Below, one piece after another: positions 1 to 12,300 of a stretch of 64,000 nt of DNA. The position numbers and the translations under genes were made by a program. The notes beneath the pieces are model-generated. The model saw only the letters and a list, made by a program, of their open reading frames with translations. It searched no databases and was not told the origin of the DNA. The number at the start of each line of letters is the position of its first letter. The first letter of the stretch is position 1. Source of the DNA: a virus; the IMG/VR virus record IMGVR_UViG_3300023116_000009, positions 32,001-96,000 of that record; one strand, written 5' to 3'.

Positions 1-1411
1 TAGCACCCGCATCTATTGTAGTATCCGTTCCAGTTCCCCTTAACGTCAGTGCTAAATCAAATATAAATCCAAATCCAATTCTCTCATTTGTGACTGGTTC
101 ATAGATTTCTCCTTCACCAGAGTTAATTAATCTCCAGGTATCTGTCCAGATTGAGATCTGACGATAGTACTGAGTTGTACTACCACCAAAGTATTGATTG
201 CTGTAGAATGTAGCATCATCCCAAATATTAATTGCTGGTAAGAACCTTGTAATGAAATAATTATATTTCTGATAAGCAATTGGACTATTAATTGAAAGAT
301 CTCTTAAGTTTCTAAAATACTCATAGAGTGCTTTACCCAACTTCAACCAATTCTGCCACCTAATCCACCTTTCCTCACTAAACAGACCATTAACATTATT
401 ACCATCTGCATCTAATACTTGAGACAGTGGTGGATATGGGAAAGTATATGGTACAGGGAAGGAACTAATTCTCAATGCACCTTCATTACCAACTTCTTCA
501 ATTCGAGATTGATAATGTGGTCCTTCCCTCTCAGTTTCTCTCTGAGTCCAAACGATAGGACCAATGTTGTTGTTATCAGTATAATATACAAATTCATCTG
601 GATTAAGACCGTAAGTAGATACGTTAGAGAACAGTCCTAATTGTGTCTCAGCACGATCGATGCCCAGCAGTGTAGAACTAACTTCAGATGTTGATGGAAA
701 TACTTCTTCAATTTTAACTACTCCACTTCTAGTCAAAGTCAGTTTCTTTCTAATCAAAGAAACTGGTGGAGTGTCAGTTTTTAAAATTGTATTTAATGGA
801 TCCTTATTTAAAATGAATTTTAAAAGTAGATTACCATTAGCGTCAATACTTTCTTGAATCTCATTAATCGTAAAAGTTTCATACTCTCTACCATCAAATG
901 CATTTGATTGAATAAGAGTACGTGGGTCTCCGTCATCATAAAGATCTCGGAAAATAGAAGCGCCAGTTGCCATTTCAATGGTATCTTTAGGCGCAATATA
1001 CTTGTATCCCCCTTGAGGATTAGTGATCTCAACATAAGGAGGAATGTCACCTCCAGTTTCGGGATCTGCTCCTGGTTGGCGGCGTCTTACTTCAAATTCA
1101 TCCCCAAATAAAACAAAGTCAAGAACTTGCTTTTCTTCTGGAATAGTTGGGAGGACAACTCCTAACGCTTTGTCTGAAGTTAATTCACTAGTAACAAATC
1201 CATCAATCAAAGACACTAAGGGATCACCAGAGGAATCTGTCAACGGAGTTCCTTCAATATCTTGAAGGATCACATACAGATCTCTGGTTGCCGCTGCTCT
1301 AAATTGATACCCGATCTTGGTATCGAAAGAACTACCACTCAGGGTGGTGATGTCGTTAGGATCGGGTGGATAATAAAATGAAGAAAACGACGGTGTTGAT
1401 GTGACTGCCAT
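1..1411 (-). CDS. Large virion structural protein, 3' end runs off the window (MAVTSTPSFSSFYYPPDPND...)
   Basis: Hand-translated from the ATG at 1411, 3 nt after the stop of the upstream gene; frame appears open to the window edge (missing from the ORF track because there is no stop). Contains SEVSSTLLGIDRAETQLGLFSNVSTYGLN, resembling cyanomyophage virion proteins. Confidence 0.75.
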   Translation of the reverse strand, partial: MAVTSTPSFSSFYYPPDPNDITTLSGSSFDTKIGYQFRAAATRDLYVILQDIEGTPLTDSSGDPLVSLIDGFVTSELTSDKALGVVLPTIPEEKQVLDFVLFGDEFEVRRRQPGADPETGGDIPPYVEITNPQGGYKYIAPKDTIEMATGASIFRDLYDDGDPRTLIQSNAFDGREYETFTINEIQESIDANGNLLLKFILNKDPLNTILKTDTPPVSLIRKKLTLTRSGVVKIEEVFPSTSEVSSTLLGIDRAETQLGLFSNVSTYGLNPDEFVYYTDNNNIGPIVWTQRETEREGPHYQSRIEEVGNEGALRISSFPVPYTFPYPPLSQVLDADGNNVNGLFSEERWIRWQNWLKLGKALYEYFRNLRDLSINSPIAYQKYNYFITRFLPAINIWDDATFYSNQYFGGSTTQYYRQISIWTDTWRLINSGEGEIYEPVTNERIGFGFIFDLALTLRGTGTDTTIDAGA

Positions 1412-1414
1412 TTA

Positions 1415-4400
1415 TTATTGTTCCTCCCACGTAATAGCGGCGTTAATTTCCGTTTCAGCAGCACTGCTGTCATATAATCTATTTACACTACCAACAATAA
1501 AGAGATTTTCGATCTCATCCGTGAGTGGGAATGAGAGATAATCTTTGTTGTAGTCGAAGAACTGCTGTAATGGGAACTGTTCGCCACTATTAGATGGAGT
1601 GAACAATGTCGTAATGACTTGACCTGTGCCTGGAATTGGTGTTCTCTGCTCATCAGAGACCGCAATAGCGGACAATGAAGTGAGAGGATCTGATGTTGGA
1701 TTAACTGCCGATCCATCCAGACCATTTGCTGCAGGGTTTGGTTCTCTGAACTCACCTGCTCTCAGGAAATCACCAAAGATAACGATGTTTGAACTATACT
1801 TCTGATATGAACTAAAGAGGTAAGTACCACTTGCATTTCTTTGAAGAAGACCAAAAATAGTAAATACGTTACCATTATCACCTTCATAGTATCCTCTGAA
1901 ATATCCATAGGTAGAGGTAAGGTTCTCTAAGTATGGTTTTGATGTTCCAGGGATTCTAGCACCTTCAAGAGCAGTTGGTCTACCAATTGAACCAATGGTT
2001 AACCCATCACCATTAGTGTAATCCGTTCTCATGTTACCCTTATTTCCACCAACAGTTGCAGTGGAATCTGCCTGAGTACCATCCTTAGTTTGGAATACAG
2101 GTGTCTTAATCAGTTTAATAGTAGCAGGTTGGTTAGAGTTACCAATAGACAATCTTGTGGGATATACCTGAATTCTATTTCTAACACCATTAACCTTATC
2201 TCTACAATTTAAACCAACTAAGATATTTGGACGATCCAGAACTAAGAAGAAATCACCAGATTGAGCACCACTAATTGGTTTGCTCAGATAAATTTTAGTA
2301 CCACTGACCCAAGATACCTTTACATTTGGTTCTCTATTAGGTGTAACTAAAGTTGCACCAATGTAGAATGTAGGATCTGTTACCGTAGGACCATTAGTAT
2401 TAGTTGCTCCAGCAAGGTCAAGATATGGATATGGATCAGAATTATCGGAAATATCTCCATAGTTATTTCCAGCAGTAATGTTAAATCTCAATCTTGAACC
2501 ATATACCTCAGAGGATACTGGCGTTGCATAGTTAAACAAACGAACTGTACCACGGTCACCACCATCAATGTAGTATGAAGCACCATACTTAACAAGGAAT
2601 TCAGAGTAAGAGTTAGAGTAACCAACTGTGTTGTCAGTTCTTCTATCGTTCTTATAACCATATGAGAACTCAGTACCACCACCATAGACGTAATAAGTAA
2701 TTGGAAGAGTTGGATTACCCAGAGATGCAACCTTCAACTGGTTCGATGCTCTGAGGTGGTGTACACGTACCCAGCGTGCCTCTCCAGAGTCCAGAGGGAC
2801 GTATGCAAGGAAGAGAGCACCAACAGCGCCGTACCATGAGAATTCAATCTTATACATGGTAACGTTCTCAGGATTCAAGTTCCAACTGGATGCTCTTGTT
2901 AAGTCGGCACCTGTTGTCTCATCTCTAACAGTTTGTCCTGGGAAGTTTTGAGAACCTTGTGAGTATACAACGTCAGAGTAAAGAACATCAGTACCAAGTG
3001 CTTCAGTACCCTCGGCAAGACCATGGACTTTCTCTCCAGAGAATCTTGAGCGAGGAACTCTATACTCATAGACACCCCAGTGTGCTGGTTTTACATGATT
3101 ATATACCCACTCTTTAAGAAGTTTCTTATTAACATCATCAATATCATTTTTAATTGATGTTGCGTTTGCTGCAGTATTTAAGGATATGTCTGTTGTAACA
3201 AATCCAACCTTGTCATCAATAGCAGTACCATAACTGTACCTGTATGGGAAACAACCGTAGGGATTGAGACCTGTTACTGCTTGAGGATCTGCATTTTCTA
3301 CAGTACCTCTGTATGCAAAGTTAGTGGTATTTGGTAATACAAATGGTGCAGGAGTTACAACATAAGGAGTATTCTTTTTAAATGCAATACAGTTACTATC
3401 AGATCTTACAAATCTGTGAGTGCTAGTATCAGTAGAAGGAACTGTTGCCAAAACTTGAACTGTAAAAGATGTAGCATCAACTACAGTAATTGGAACCCAC
3501 TTGCCACTGATTGGGTCAGGTGCTCTTGTGTTTGCAGTATTGTTTCCATTGGGGTCAGGAGTACCATCAAGATTCTCATTAAATGATCTTGGATACCTGT
3601 GCTCTGTAGCATGAGAATCTTGATTACAAGTAAAGATTAATGAATAATCATCAATCTTGATAAGATCACCAGTTTCCAAATTATGGGCACTATCAAAATT
3701 GATAGTCATCAAACCTGTGGTTGGATTATAAACAATACCACCATCAGTACCATCACCAGTGCCAGCAGTTTGATTTGGGGTTAGTTTATAATTAATCTCT
3801 GCATCAGTATTAATAACAATTGGAGTGATTTGGTTAGTGTCGTAGATTTGAGCACTACCGAGAGAAAATACGTTAGAATCACCCGCTGCTGCCCTTGTTA
3901 GTTCAACACGTGAACCACGAATTCCATCAACATAATAAATACCACCATCAACAATAGAATCTTGAATTGTACTACCAACTCCCAAATCATTGAATACAGT
4001 TCCATCATTTTGCTTCTTATTCTTGTAAATGTATACTCCAGACCCCTTTCTAAGACCTAAACTTACACATCTACCAGTAAATTGAGTATGAGTATGAAGA
4101 ATTGTAGATGTCTTCAGCGTAAACTGGAAAGTATTGCTGGTAACGTTTTCAATTGGGAAAGTATCTTCATCATCTTTAGCAGGGTAAATCTTTGGTTGAG
4201 GATTGTATGAACAATTAGTTTCAATACCCTCAAGATGAATCATATCGCCTGCAACAATATTGTTGGATGCAGTTGTTTCAATAAAGGCATAACCAAAGTC
4301 AGCACTAGCTTGATCTACAATATAGTTAAAATCGGTGATGGTATATGAATCTCCAGATGAGGTTGCTGGGATCGTCTGAGACCATTTTCCGAGGGTTCCA

Positions 4401-6013
4401 CCACTGACATAAGTATTAGTTGCGGGATCAATTCCAGAAACTGCTTGCTTACCAATTTGCAGTTCAAAAGTTCTAGAATCAACTCTTCTACGAATGTAGA
4501 ATACGATTGGATCAAATGATTCTGGGAACGAAGTTTTACCAGTGCCTGCAAGAGTTACTGAACTACCAAACTTAACTCTATCACCCTCATACCATGTGTC
4601 ATTGTCACTTCCAACAGTTACCGTAGCAACACCAGTAACTCCATTATAAGACCAACCAGTGATGGCAACACTTTGTGTAGTTGCTTGAGAAACTTCTGCT
4701 ACTCTACCTGTATTTGGATTATATGCTTGTGCAACACTGAAACCATCAAATCCATTGTATCCACCAGCACCAGGACTATCGTAAAAAGATTTACCAACAA
4801 ATACTTTTAGTGTATTTCCTGCCTTGGATTCAACTCTAAACAGGGTTTGTGCATACTTGTTGGGATATAACTTAGCACCAGTATTACAAGTAAGCAGAAT
4901 ATCTTTCAGGGTAACACTATCACCCTCTTTGAATCCATGGTCACTAGTTGTAGTAACCTGACAAACACCTGTAGTATTATTGTAGGAGAAATCTCTAATG
5001 TGCTTCTCATAAGGATCAAGAAGCAATTCAGTAGATTCTGTTCCTTTAACAGATGCAGAAGTATCTGCACCAACTTGAGCAACATAAATCTCTCTCTTAT
5101 CCTTCAGTAATGATTGGTCAAACAAACCACCATGGATGTTTAACAAACCATCACGCAAGATTACTGCATCTCCATGATAATCATAGTAATCCCCAGGGAT
5201 TTCCATGTTACCATAATCATCATATTGAGCAACACCAAATTGACGTGGATTAGTAGTGTTATCAGGATCGTAGAAATACTTTTCGTTCTTCTGTCTGATT
5301 AATGACTGGGTTCTTCTTACACAACAGAAGTTATCACCACGACCTTCATGAATACTCTCATAATAATAACCATCAAATTTATCAAATACACCATACTTCT
5401 TAACCGATGGATTAAGTACTTGACGATCTTGTCCTGCAAGTAAGTACGTTTTGCCATTATCAGCAATGGCACCATTAGGATAAAATGCTGAACTGATTGC
5501 AGAAGCAGTAGTATATGGAGCACGACCAAACTTAACACCAAATGTACCAGCAGAAACACGACCTGGCTGGTATCTAAAGAATCTCTTAGATGTTAAGATT
5601 GAGTGTTCATTTGCGGGTGCCTCAACAAGAGCACCTGCCTCTGCGGGAACGTGCCCAAGACCCCAATCCTGAACACCTGGGATTCCAGTATATTCATTCT
5701 GTGTAGCACCAGTGCCACCTGCTGGAATAGTTAGTGCCTGTTCAGGAACTGCTGTCCATTCTGATGGGTTAACATCGTAAGTATTAACATCGGCAAAGAT
5801 ACCTAATGCAACTTCAGATCTGGGAATGCCCAGCAAAGAAAGAGCAACTTCCGATTGTTGCTTATTTTGTTCTTCAACAGGAATTGCTTCCTGGTCACTA
5901 GCGATAACAACAGGAATTGACTTCTCTGCAGGTTGTTGTCCAGTAGGAACTGGAGCAGTTCTGCCGACAACTACGACGGCAGAGTTATTGTTTACATTAG
6001 TATTAGTTGCCAT
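1415..6013 (-). CDS. Virion structural / tail-associated protein, 1532 aa
   Basis: Long ORF rich in T/G/N/D with repeated YNxxTG...C...YP beta modules; C-terminal YKIEFSWYGAVGA...WVRVHH...LPITY block typical of cyanophage structural proteins. Confidence 0.8.
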   Translation of the reverse strand: MATNTNVNNNSAVVVVGRTAPVPTGQQPAEKSIPVVIASDQEAIPVEEQNKQQSEVALSLLGIPRSEVALGIFADVNTYDVNPSEWTAVPEQALTIPAGGTGATQNEYTGIPGVQDWGLGHVPAEAGALVEAPANEHSILTSKRFFRYQPGRVSAGTFGVKFGRAPYTTASAISSAFYPNGAIADNGKTYLLAGQDRQVLNPSVKKYGVFDKFDGYYYESIHEGRGDNFCCVRRTQSLIRQKNEKYFYDPDNTTNPRQFGVAQYDDYGNMEIPGDYYDYHGDAVILRDGLLNIHGGLFDQSLLKDKREIYVAQVGADTSASVKGTESTELLLDPYEKHIRDFSYNNTTGVCQVTTTSDHGFKEGDSVTLKDILLTCNTGAKLYPNKYAQTLFRVESKAGNTLKVFVGKSFYDSPGAGGYNGFDGFSVAQAYNPNTGRVAEVSQATTQSVAITGWSYNGVTGVATVTVGSDNDTWYEGDRVKFGSSVTLAGTGKTSFPESFDPIVFYIRRRVDSRTFELQIGKQAVSGIDPATNTYVSGGTLGKWSQTIPATSSGDSYTITDFNYIVDQASADFGYAFIETTASNNIVAGDMIHLEGIETNCSYNPQPKIYPAKDDEDTFPIENVTSNTFQFTLKTSTILHTHTQFTGRCVSLGLRKGSGVYIYKNKKQNDGTVFNDLGVGSTIQDSIVDGGIYYVDGIRGSRVELTRAAAGDSNVFSLGSAQIYDTNQITPIVINTDAEINYKLTPNQTAGTGDGTDGGIVYNPTTGLMTINFDSAHNLETGDLIKIDDYSLIFTCNQDSHATEHRYPRSFNENLDGTPDPNGNNTANTRAPDPISGKWVPITVVDATSFTVQVLATVPSTDTSTHRFVRSDSNCIAFKKNTPYVVTPAPFVLPNTTNFAYRGTVENADPQAVTGLNPYGCFPYRYSYGTAIDDKVGFVTTDISLNTAANATSIKNDIDDVNKKLLKEWVYNHVKPAHWGVYEYRVPRSRFSGEKVHGLAEGTEALGTDVLYSDVVYSQGSQNFPGQTVRDETTGADLTRASSWNLNPENVTMYKIEFSWYGAVGALFLAYVPLDSGEARWVRVHHLRASNQLKVASLGNPTLPITYYVYGGGTEFSYGYKNDRRTDNTVGYSNSYSEFLVKYGASYYIDGGDRGTVRLFNYATPVSSEVYGSRLRFNITAGNNYGDISDNSDPYPYLDLAGATNTNGPTVTDPTFYIGATLVTPNREPNVKVSWVSGTKIYLSKPISGAQSGDFFLVLDRPNILVGLNCRDKVNGVRNRIQVYPTRLSIGNSNQPATIKLIKTPVFQTKDGTQADSTATVGGNKGNMRTDYTNGDGLTIGSIGRPTALEGARIPGTSKPYLENLTSTYGYFRGYYEGDNGNVFTIFGLLQRNASGTYLFSSYQKYSSNIVIFGDFLRAGEFREPNPAANGLDGSAVNPTSDPLTSLSAIAVSDEQRTPIPGTGQVITTLFTPSNSGEQFPLQQFFDYNKDYLSFPLTDEIENLFIVGSVNRLYDSSAAETEINAAITWEEQ

Positions 6014-6016
6014 GTC

Positions 6017-9000
6017 TTACTTTACTCCGATGATTCCCTTGGCGATGGTAAATGTACGTTGCTTCTTTATATATCCTCTGGCGGCAGGGTCTGCTGTAAT
6101 ACTGCCTCCATTGTTATTAGCATTGAATGTGTTGAAATCTGCTTTATACAGAACCATATTCCATGCTTGATTGACGAAATTCAGTCCACGAACTTCAAGT
6201 TCAGAAGGTAAACTATACCCAGTAACTGGGTTGTGCTCCTGTAATGTTACAATATCCCCAATGGTGAATTCACCAACGGTTTCAGCGGTAATTTTAATTG
6301 TATATTGCTGAGAATTTTGATCATAATCAACTACACCAGTAATGTTATAATTATCGGCGTCACCAATATTTATTTCCTCAGTAGCATTTACATAATATAC
6401 GATGTAGTTATAATTAATTCCAACTACACCTTGAATTGTTCTGTAAGGAATGCTACTCAAAGCAGCAGGAGGAATTTGAACTTGAACCCCACCATTAGCA
6501 GCATCATATACTTGAGTTTCAAGGACAGATCTGTTAACTCCACCAACGTTATAAGTCAGTGGGTTTGCACCAAGGGTTTCATTTCCATTATTATCAACAT
6601 TAACTGTATATACAAATGTATTAAAGATTGCACTGGTGAAGTTCTTGGCAACATTCTCTTCAACATAAGTAAATCTAACTGGACCATTGGTTCCAGTCCC
6701 TGCCGTCTTGTAGCAGTTAAGGTTAATATTATTAAAGTCAGAATCATAAAGATCTGTTGTTGGAATCCACTCATCATCTGGTCCAAGAACAAGATTATTC
6801 TCAGTGTTAGAACTTCTAGCACCGTAAGTTCTGATCCCTGTTCCAGAGTTTCTAATAATACAAGAGTTAAATGCTACAACCTCAGTGGTTGTAATATCTG
6901 CAGGTCCAGGGTTGTTAATAAATGCACTATCAGAAACTTTAAGAACGCTACAGTTAGTTGCTTGAAGTGGATTATCAAAGGAAGTGTAAGTTGTTGAATT
7001 ATCACTAATAAAGCAGTTTTGAACAGATACTCTTGATCCTTCAGCAATCCAAAGACCATCGCCTACAGAGTTAGTAATATCACATCCAGAAATTGAGAAG
7101 TTATCAATCCCCCCAGCATAAACTAAAGCATTTGATTCTGGAGATGCACTAACACCCAATCTGATGTTATTGTCATAATTTCCATCAATGACAATATTAT
7201 TGACTGTAATGTTTTTATTTGGTTGAGAAGTAGTGTTTGATGGTGTTCCAGTTGCATCCTCTGGTGTTCTCAAATATAAAGCACAATACGTTCTACTGAT
7301 TTCACCATTTGAATTCCTGTTCCATGAAGTGTCAAAGTATTGCTTTTTAATGATGCAGGACTTACCCGCTCCAGCAAGAGAGAAGTTTGAAGGAATGTCT
7401 AATCTCTTAACCAAATATGTACCACCAGTTAAGTATAATGAATCCAGTCCCTTATCAATAACATCATCAATTACAGCATGTATTGCTTCAGTGTCATCAT
7501 GAACTACTTGCACTCCGCCAGCAGCAATATTGATGTTTGTAGTATTTGAAGTATCAACCGTATCATATGCAGTATCTGGTGAATTACTTAAAGTAATTGT
7601 TTTGGTAGCATAATCTACTGACTCAACAGTTCTCTCAACATATCCAGCAATTGCTCTAGCGGTTGGAACTGTATTTGGAAGTACCGTGGTTGGGAACCCA
7701 TACATCTTAGTATGATTCGCATGAATAGTTCCATCAGTATTTTTATTTCCCCAAGTCACTCTATCAAATGCACCATAATCCTTAAAGTCAATTGGACCCA
7801 AGTTAATGTCAGAACCAATATCTCTTTGACCAACAATTGCAATGAGATTTAAGTTCGCATTATGTACCGAAGGAGCAATTGCATTTCCTTCAGCAGTACT
7901 TACAACTGCACTAATATCATTATGATAACGATAGACAAGAATTGCATGATTAGCATCTGGTCTGAACAGTTTCAAGTTGTTATATCTTTGCTCATTAAAC
8001 TGAGTGAGGGGATAGTTTGCAACAACATTAGTATTTGCTCCTGATCCTGCGTGTTTTAGTTGATGGAATGAAGATACAACGCCAGTATCTACATTTAACA
8101 ATCTTACATAATATGTGTAGTTTACTCCGCCACCACTTCCACCAACAGCAGCAGTAACTTGGGCACTTTGATCAATACTTGTTGTCCACTGATTATACAC
8201 ACTAGAACTGTCTGAGTTAGTGTAATCATATTGACTAATATTCTTTGTATTGACACCAAAGACCTTTACAGTTTGTCCAATTCTCCAAGTACCAACATTT
8301 TGTGATACAGTATCACCATTACCATCAAGATAATCTCCAATACTTACAACAAGTTTATTGTTAGCATCAACACCCAGAGCAGTCGCTCTGTAAATAGTGC
8401 CATCTCCAGAAACTCCAAAGGATGACAGGTTGTTAACATCACCAGTATTTAAAGAGAAGTACTCAAATGCCGTTCCCTGCTCATTAACTCTCAGCAACTG
8501 TTCAGGAAGTCCACCAACAGTAATTCCAGTACCACCACCAGAGATAGGAATAACAGGGAGATCTGTTGTTTGAATATTTTGATAACTCGTAGCACGAATA
8601 GAACCAGTTACATCCAGTGTTGCTTGTGGATCATCATTATTAATACCAATACGGTTTTCATCATTAGTGTATGCTTGATTAGATCCATTGACAGATCTAA
8701 CATTAATTACGTTATCATTACCACTCTTAATCCTAAGGATATTATTAACACCACCGACTTCAATTGCACTAGTAGCAGTATCATATCCAAGTACTTTAGT
8801 ATAGGAGGTTCCAGATGTTAAGATCTTAACTGTGGTGCTACCAAGGGAAATACCATCGGTAGGAACAAGAGATAAAAGAGAACTCCCGCCAACTGATAAA
8901 ACTAATGCTTCAGGTGATGATACTCTAGAAATACCTGTTGTAGTACTATCACCAAAAATTAATGACGGATTAGAACTAGTTCCGTTATTAAGTTTTAGTT

Positions 9001-9304
9001 TTGGTGAATTAATTTGCGTGTTATTATCTGCTAAAGTTAAGTTACCAGCAGATACCGTAAGTCCACCAACAGCAAGTTCCAGAGCAGAGTCGGTTGCTGC
9101 TGGAGCAGTCAAAGTTAGTTTATTAGAACCAGCAGTAAAATAAGTCGCCCCTTGCCCAACTCTAATATTTAAAGTCGATTCTAATGTAATTGGTTGTGTT
9201 CCAATGTCTGCTGATCCAGTTGCATTCAAATATTGGGTATCAAATTTACCCTCTGTGATAGTTTGATCCTTAATTACACTGGACGTAATTCTAGTTAGTG
9301 CCAT
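6017..9304 (-). CDS. Tail fibre/spike-like protein with a right-handed beta-helix (pectate-lyase-like) domain, 1095 aa
   Basis: DDTEAIHAVID...LYLTGGTYLV...LAGAG followed by NITVNNIVIDGN, ISGCDITNSVGDGLWI, VSVQNCFISDN rungs; RIGINNDDPQATLDVTG fibre motif. Confidence 0.75.
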   Translation of the reverse strand: MALTRITSSVIKDQTITEGKFDTQYLNATGSADIGTQPITLESTLNIRVGQGATYFTAGSNKLTLTAPAATDSALELAVGGLTVSAGNLTLADNNTQINSPKLKLNNGTSSNPSLIFGDSTTTGISRVSSPEALVLSVGGSSLLSLVPTDGISLGSTTVKILTSGTSYTKVLGYDTATSAIEVGGVNNILRIKSGNDNVINVRSVNGSNQAYTNDENRIGINNDDPQATLDVTGSIRATSYQNIQTTDLPVIPISGGGTGITVGGLPEQLLRVNEQGTAFEYFSLNTGDVNNLSSFGVSGDGTIYRATALGVDANNKLVVSIGDYLDGNGDTVSQNVGTWRIGQTVKVFGVNTKNISQYDYTNSDSSSVYNQWTTSIDQSAQVTAAVGGSGGGVNYTYYVRLLNVDTGVVSSFHQLKHAGSGANTNVVANYPLTQFNEQRYNNLKLFRPDANHAILVYRYHNDISAVVSTAEGNAIAPSVHNANLNLIAIVGQRDIGSDINLGPIDFKDYGAFDRVTWGNKNTDGTIHANHTKMYGFPTTVLPNTVPTARAIAGYVERTVESVDYATKTITLSNSPDTAYDTVDTSNTTNINIAAGGVQVVHDDTEAIHAVIDDVIDKGLDSLYLTGGTYLVKRLDIPSNFSLAGAGKSCIIKKQYFDTSWNRNSNGEISRTYCALYLRTPEDATGTPSNTTSQPNKNITVNNIVIDGNYDNNIRLGVSASPESNALVYAGGIDNFSISGCDITNSVGDGLWIAEGSRVSVQNCFISDNSTTYTSFDNPLQATNCSVLKVSDSAFINNPGPADITTTEVVAFNSCIIRNSGTGIRTYGARSSNTENNLVLGPDDEWIPTTDLYDSDFNNINLNCYKTAGTGTNGPVRFTYVEENVAKNFTSAIFNTFVYTVNVDNNGNETLGANPLTYNVGGVNRSVLETQVYDAANGGVQVQIPPAALSSIPYRTIQGVVGINYNYIVYYVNATEEINIGDADNYNITGVVDYDQNSQQYTIKITAETVGEFTIGDIVTLQEHNPVTGYSLPSELEVRGLNFVNQAWNMVLYKADFNTFNANNNGGSITADPAARGYIKKQRTFTIAKGIIGVK

Positions 9305-9332
9305 TCTGTGCTTTTACCCTATGTTTTATTTA

Positions 9333-12300
9333 TTAATTGGCAAGACAACGAATGTCAATTCTAGTACCTACGGGTAGTTCCCCGTCGAAATAGAGATAAG
9401 TTCCATCAAAGTGATAGTCAACGTATGGTTGTTGAATAACCCCATCAATGAATACAATCATACTTCTTGTATTGAAATCAGCAACATTACCAATACCTCC
9501 CACATCGGCATCTCTTGGAGCACCACTAACGTGAGGAGTCGCAGCAGATGATCCATAATAGATAAACGATGACAAGGCATTTGTCATTCTTGCACCGAAT
9601 GTTCTAGTAATAGAAGTTAAGGTTGAAGAACCTTGATATCTAACAACATCAATTGTTAATGGTGGGTTACTCTGAGTATTGTCAAGTTTAAAGATGGTAT
9701 CTAAGTTTGTATTAGTATTTGCTGCATTTGCAATTGTAATTGTAGCAAAGAATGCTTTCTTAGTAAGTCCAAACGATGCTGTATCTGGAGTTGTAACATT
9801 ACCAAGGGAGTCAATATTAAATACACTGTTACCACCAACTTTTGCATCAAAGATTCTAGAAGATACTGCTCCAGTTGGAGATCCAGCAACATTAATCTCA
9901 ATTGGTTTATACTCAACGCTAGAACTTGACCAAGTTTGATTTAAAGAAATACGAGTTTCTTTTGTTGATGTGTTTGAAGTAATGGAGTCACCGACTGCGT
10001 TACCAATGTCAAGATGTGTGCCAATTCGTTGACTGGTTGTTACATCAAGATCATAGTTAGTATTTGCATTAGCAATACCTAAATCAGCACCTACATTGAG
10101 AGAATAGTTCCCATTAGTGTCTTTATAAGAATGAATTTTCTCCGTTCCTACAAGTCCAGATTCTCTCCACTCTTGAGTAGAATTTACCTGATCATCAACA
10201 TAAGTCCAACCACGAGAATCTCCATTAACAGGAGTTGTCTTCAGAACATAATCTCCAACGATTTCTCCAGTTAATGCACTAACAGTATCTCTATTGAGAA
10301 TCTTAGTTACAATACCATCAGGATTTCTAAGTTTGATGCCACTGAAGAAATTATTTTCAGTGTCAAAATTAGTATCCTTCAGGAATGTTACTGGTCCTTG
10401 GAATGTAGATGTAATTGTGTTTCCAGAACCACCAATAACGGTTAGGTTATCCTTAAGAGTAAGGGTATTGAGTTCTGTAATTTGGTTTTCAGTTGTCTTA
10501 CCAGTAACAGCATTGATAACTGTATTACCAATATAAAGATCCCCTTGAGAGTTAAGACCAGAATAGAATGCGATACCACCCTGCTCTTTCAGTGATTGGG
10601 AATACTTAACTTGATCATTAGTAAGTACTTTATTCTGCTTGATTGGGAAACCAGTTGAATAGTTACCAGGACCAAAACCAACATATTCAAATGTATGGTT
10701 ACCAGATCTAATAGTAGATGGTCTACGAAGTTCTACTTTGATGGTATCAGTTGGTCTTCTTGGATTAATGGGAACTTTTCTAACTTCACCATTACCAATA
10801 CCAGATTCTAAGATAGTCGTTTCAATAGAGTGTGCTTCTGCCGCTCCATTTGAAATCCACTTATGACTTACTTCACTATTCGCTGCAAGTTTATCACTCC
10901 ATCTCCACTCAAGTTCATTGTTGAGGTATTCATCCAACCAATAAGAGATTGATTCTTTAGTAACGCTGAAAGAGGTATCTCTAGTAGTAACGTTAGCATC
11001 AATACCACTCGTAGTATTAACGACACCAATGACCAGAGGATCAGCAATAGAATCTGCAATAATTGGATCATTAACAACATTATCAAGATCAATTACTGGA
11101 TAAATGTTAGTTGTATCTTGACTAAACTTAAATGAATTTCCTGGAAGGACAGATTGACTTACAGGAATAGAACCCTTAAGCACTGTTAAGTAGTATACTC
11201 CAGGAACTTCTGCTTCAGTTGCAGTTGCAGATTTAAATGGAGTTACTTCTTCAACTTCATAGACATAGTATACATCATTATAATCATGTCCACTGATCCT
11301 ATTGTATGTCTCTCCAGCATCAGTAGGAGTTACCGAAGTTGGAACCGTTCCTGCACCACCCGCATCCGTTCCTAATGCAGTGATGATAATATCAGTGAGT
11401 GTAAGTGCAGCATCTCTAACATTAGTACAACCACCAAAAGTGTCAATTAACTGTTCTTCACCAGTAATTGCAGTGAATGTTACAATGTTTGAAAGACCAT
11501 ATGAAGTTGTATTATCTCCACTTGTATTGTTATTAACCAAAGCACCAATCGATGGTGTATTTACTGGTGATCCAGTTTTTCCATTGTTAATAACATATGT
11601 CATTAATGGTTTGAGATATGTATCAAGAATTTCTACAGTTTCATCTCTCTCTCCTTGGATTCCATTGGCACCTGCTCCTGCACCATTAATATAAAGATCT
11701 GCTGCAGCAACAACTTGATCATTGCCACCATAACGCAAGTTGTAAGCAATTGCTTCAATAATATTGATTAAGTCATCGATACATGATTTTCTTTCACCAG
11801 CAGTATCCAATTCTGTATTTCCTGGGTTTGCTGCAATCCATCTAGCAACTGCTTCATGTGCCAGGAAGTACTTGTTAAGAAGCAAAAGGTTTGCACCATC
11901 AGTAAATCTGTCACCTCTACCTAAGATTGAATTACCTCTCTTAACCTGAAGGACATAACCTCTTTGAGGGAATGAAGGTGCTGGATCAGTGGCAAGACCA
12001 CTTACAGATTTAGTCACATAACGCAATCTGTAAATCTTGTCATCATCGACTCTCTCATCAACAATTCTCTTAATATAGGAAGTTGGAGTTGTCGTAATTG
12101 TGGTAAGTCCATACTTAGTATTACCATCAATCGAACTAAAGATAGTATTAGTATTATTGGTAGGAGTTGCTGGTGCAGAAACGTTTACGTACCAACCACC
12201 AGTAGTATTGGAAAGTGCAGTAAAATCATAATCAAAGGCATTACCATTTACTGGAGAGATGTTTGCATACTGCTCACTAGTTGCGGATGCAGTTGTATTT

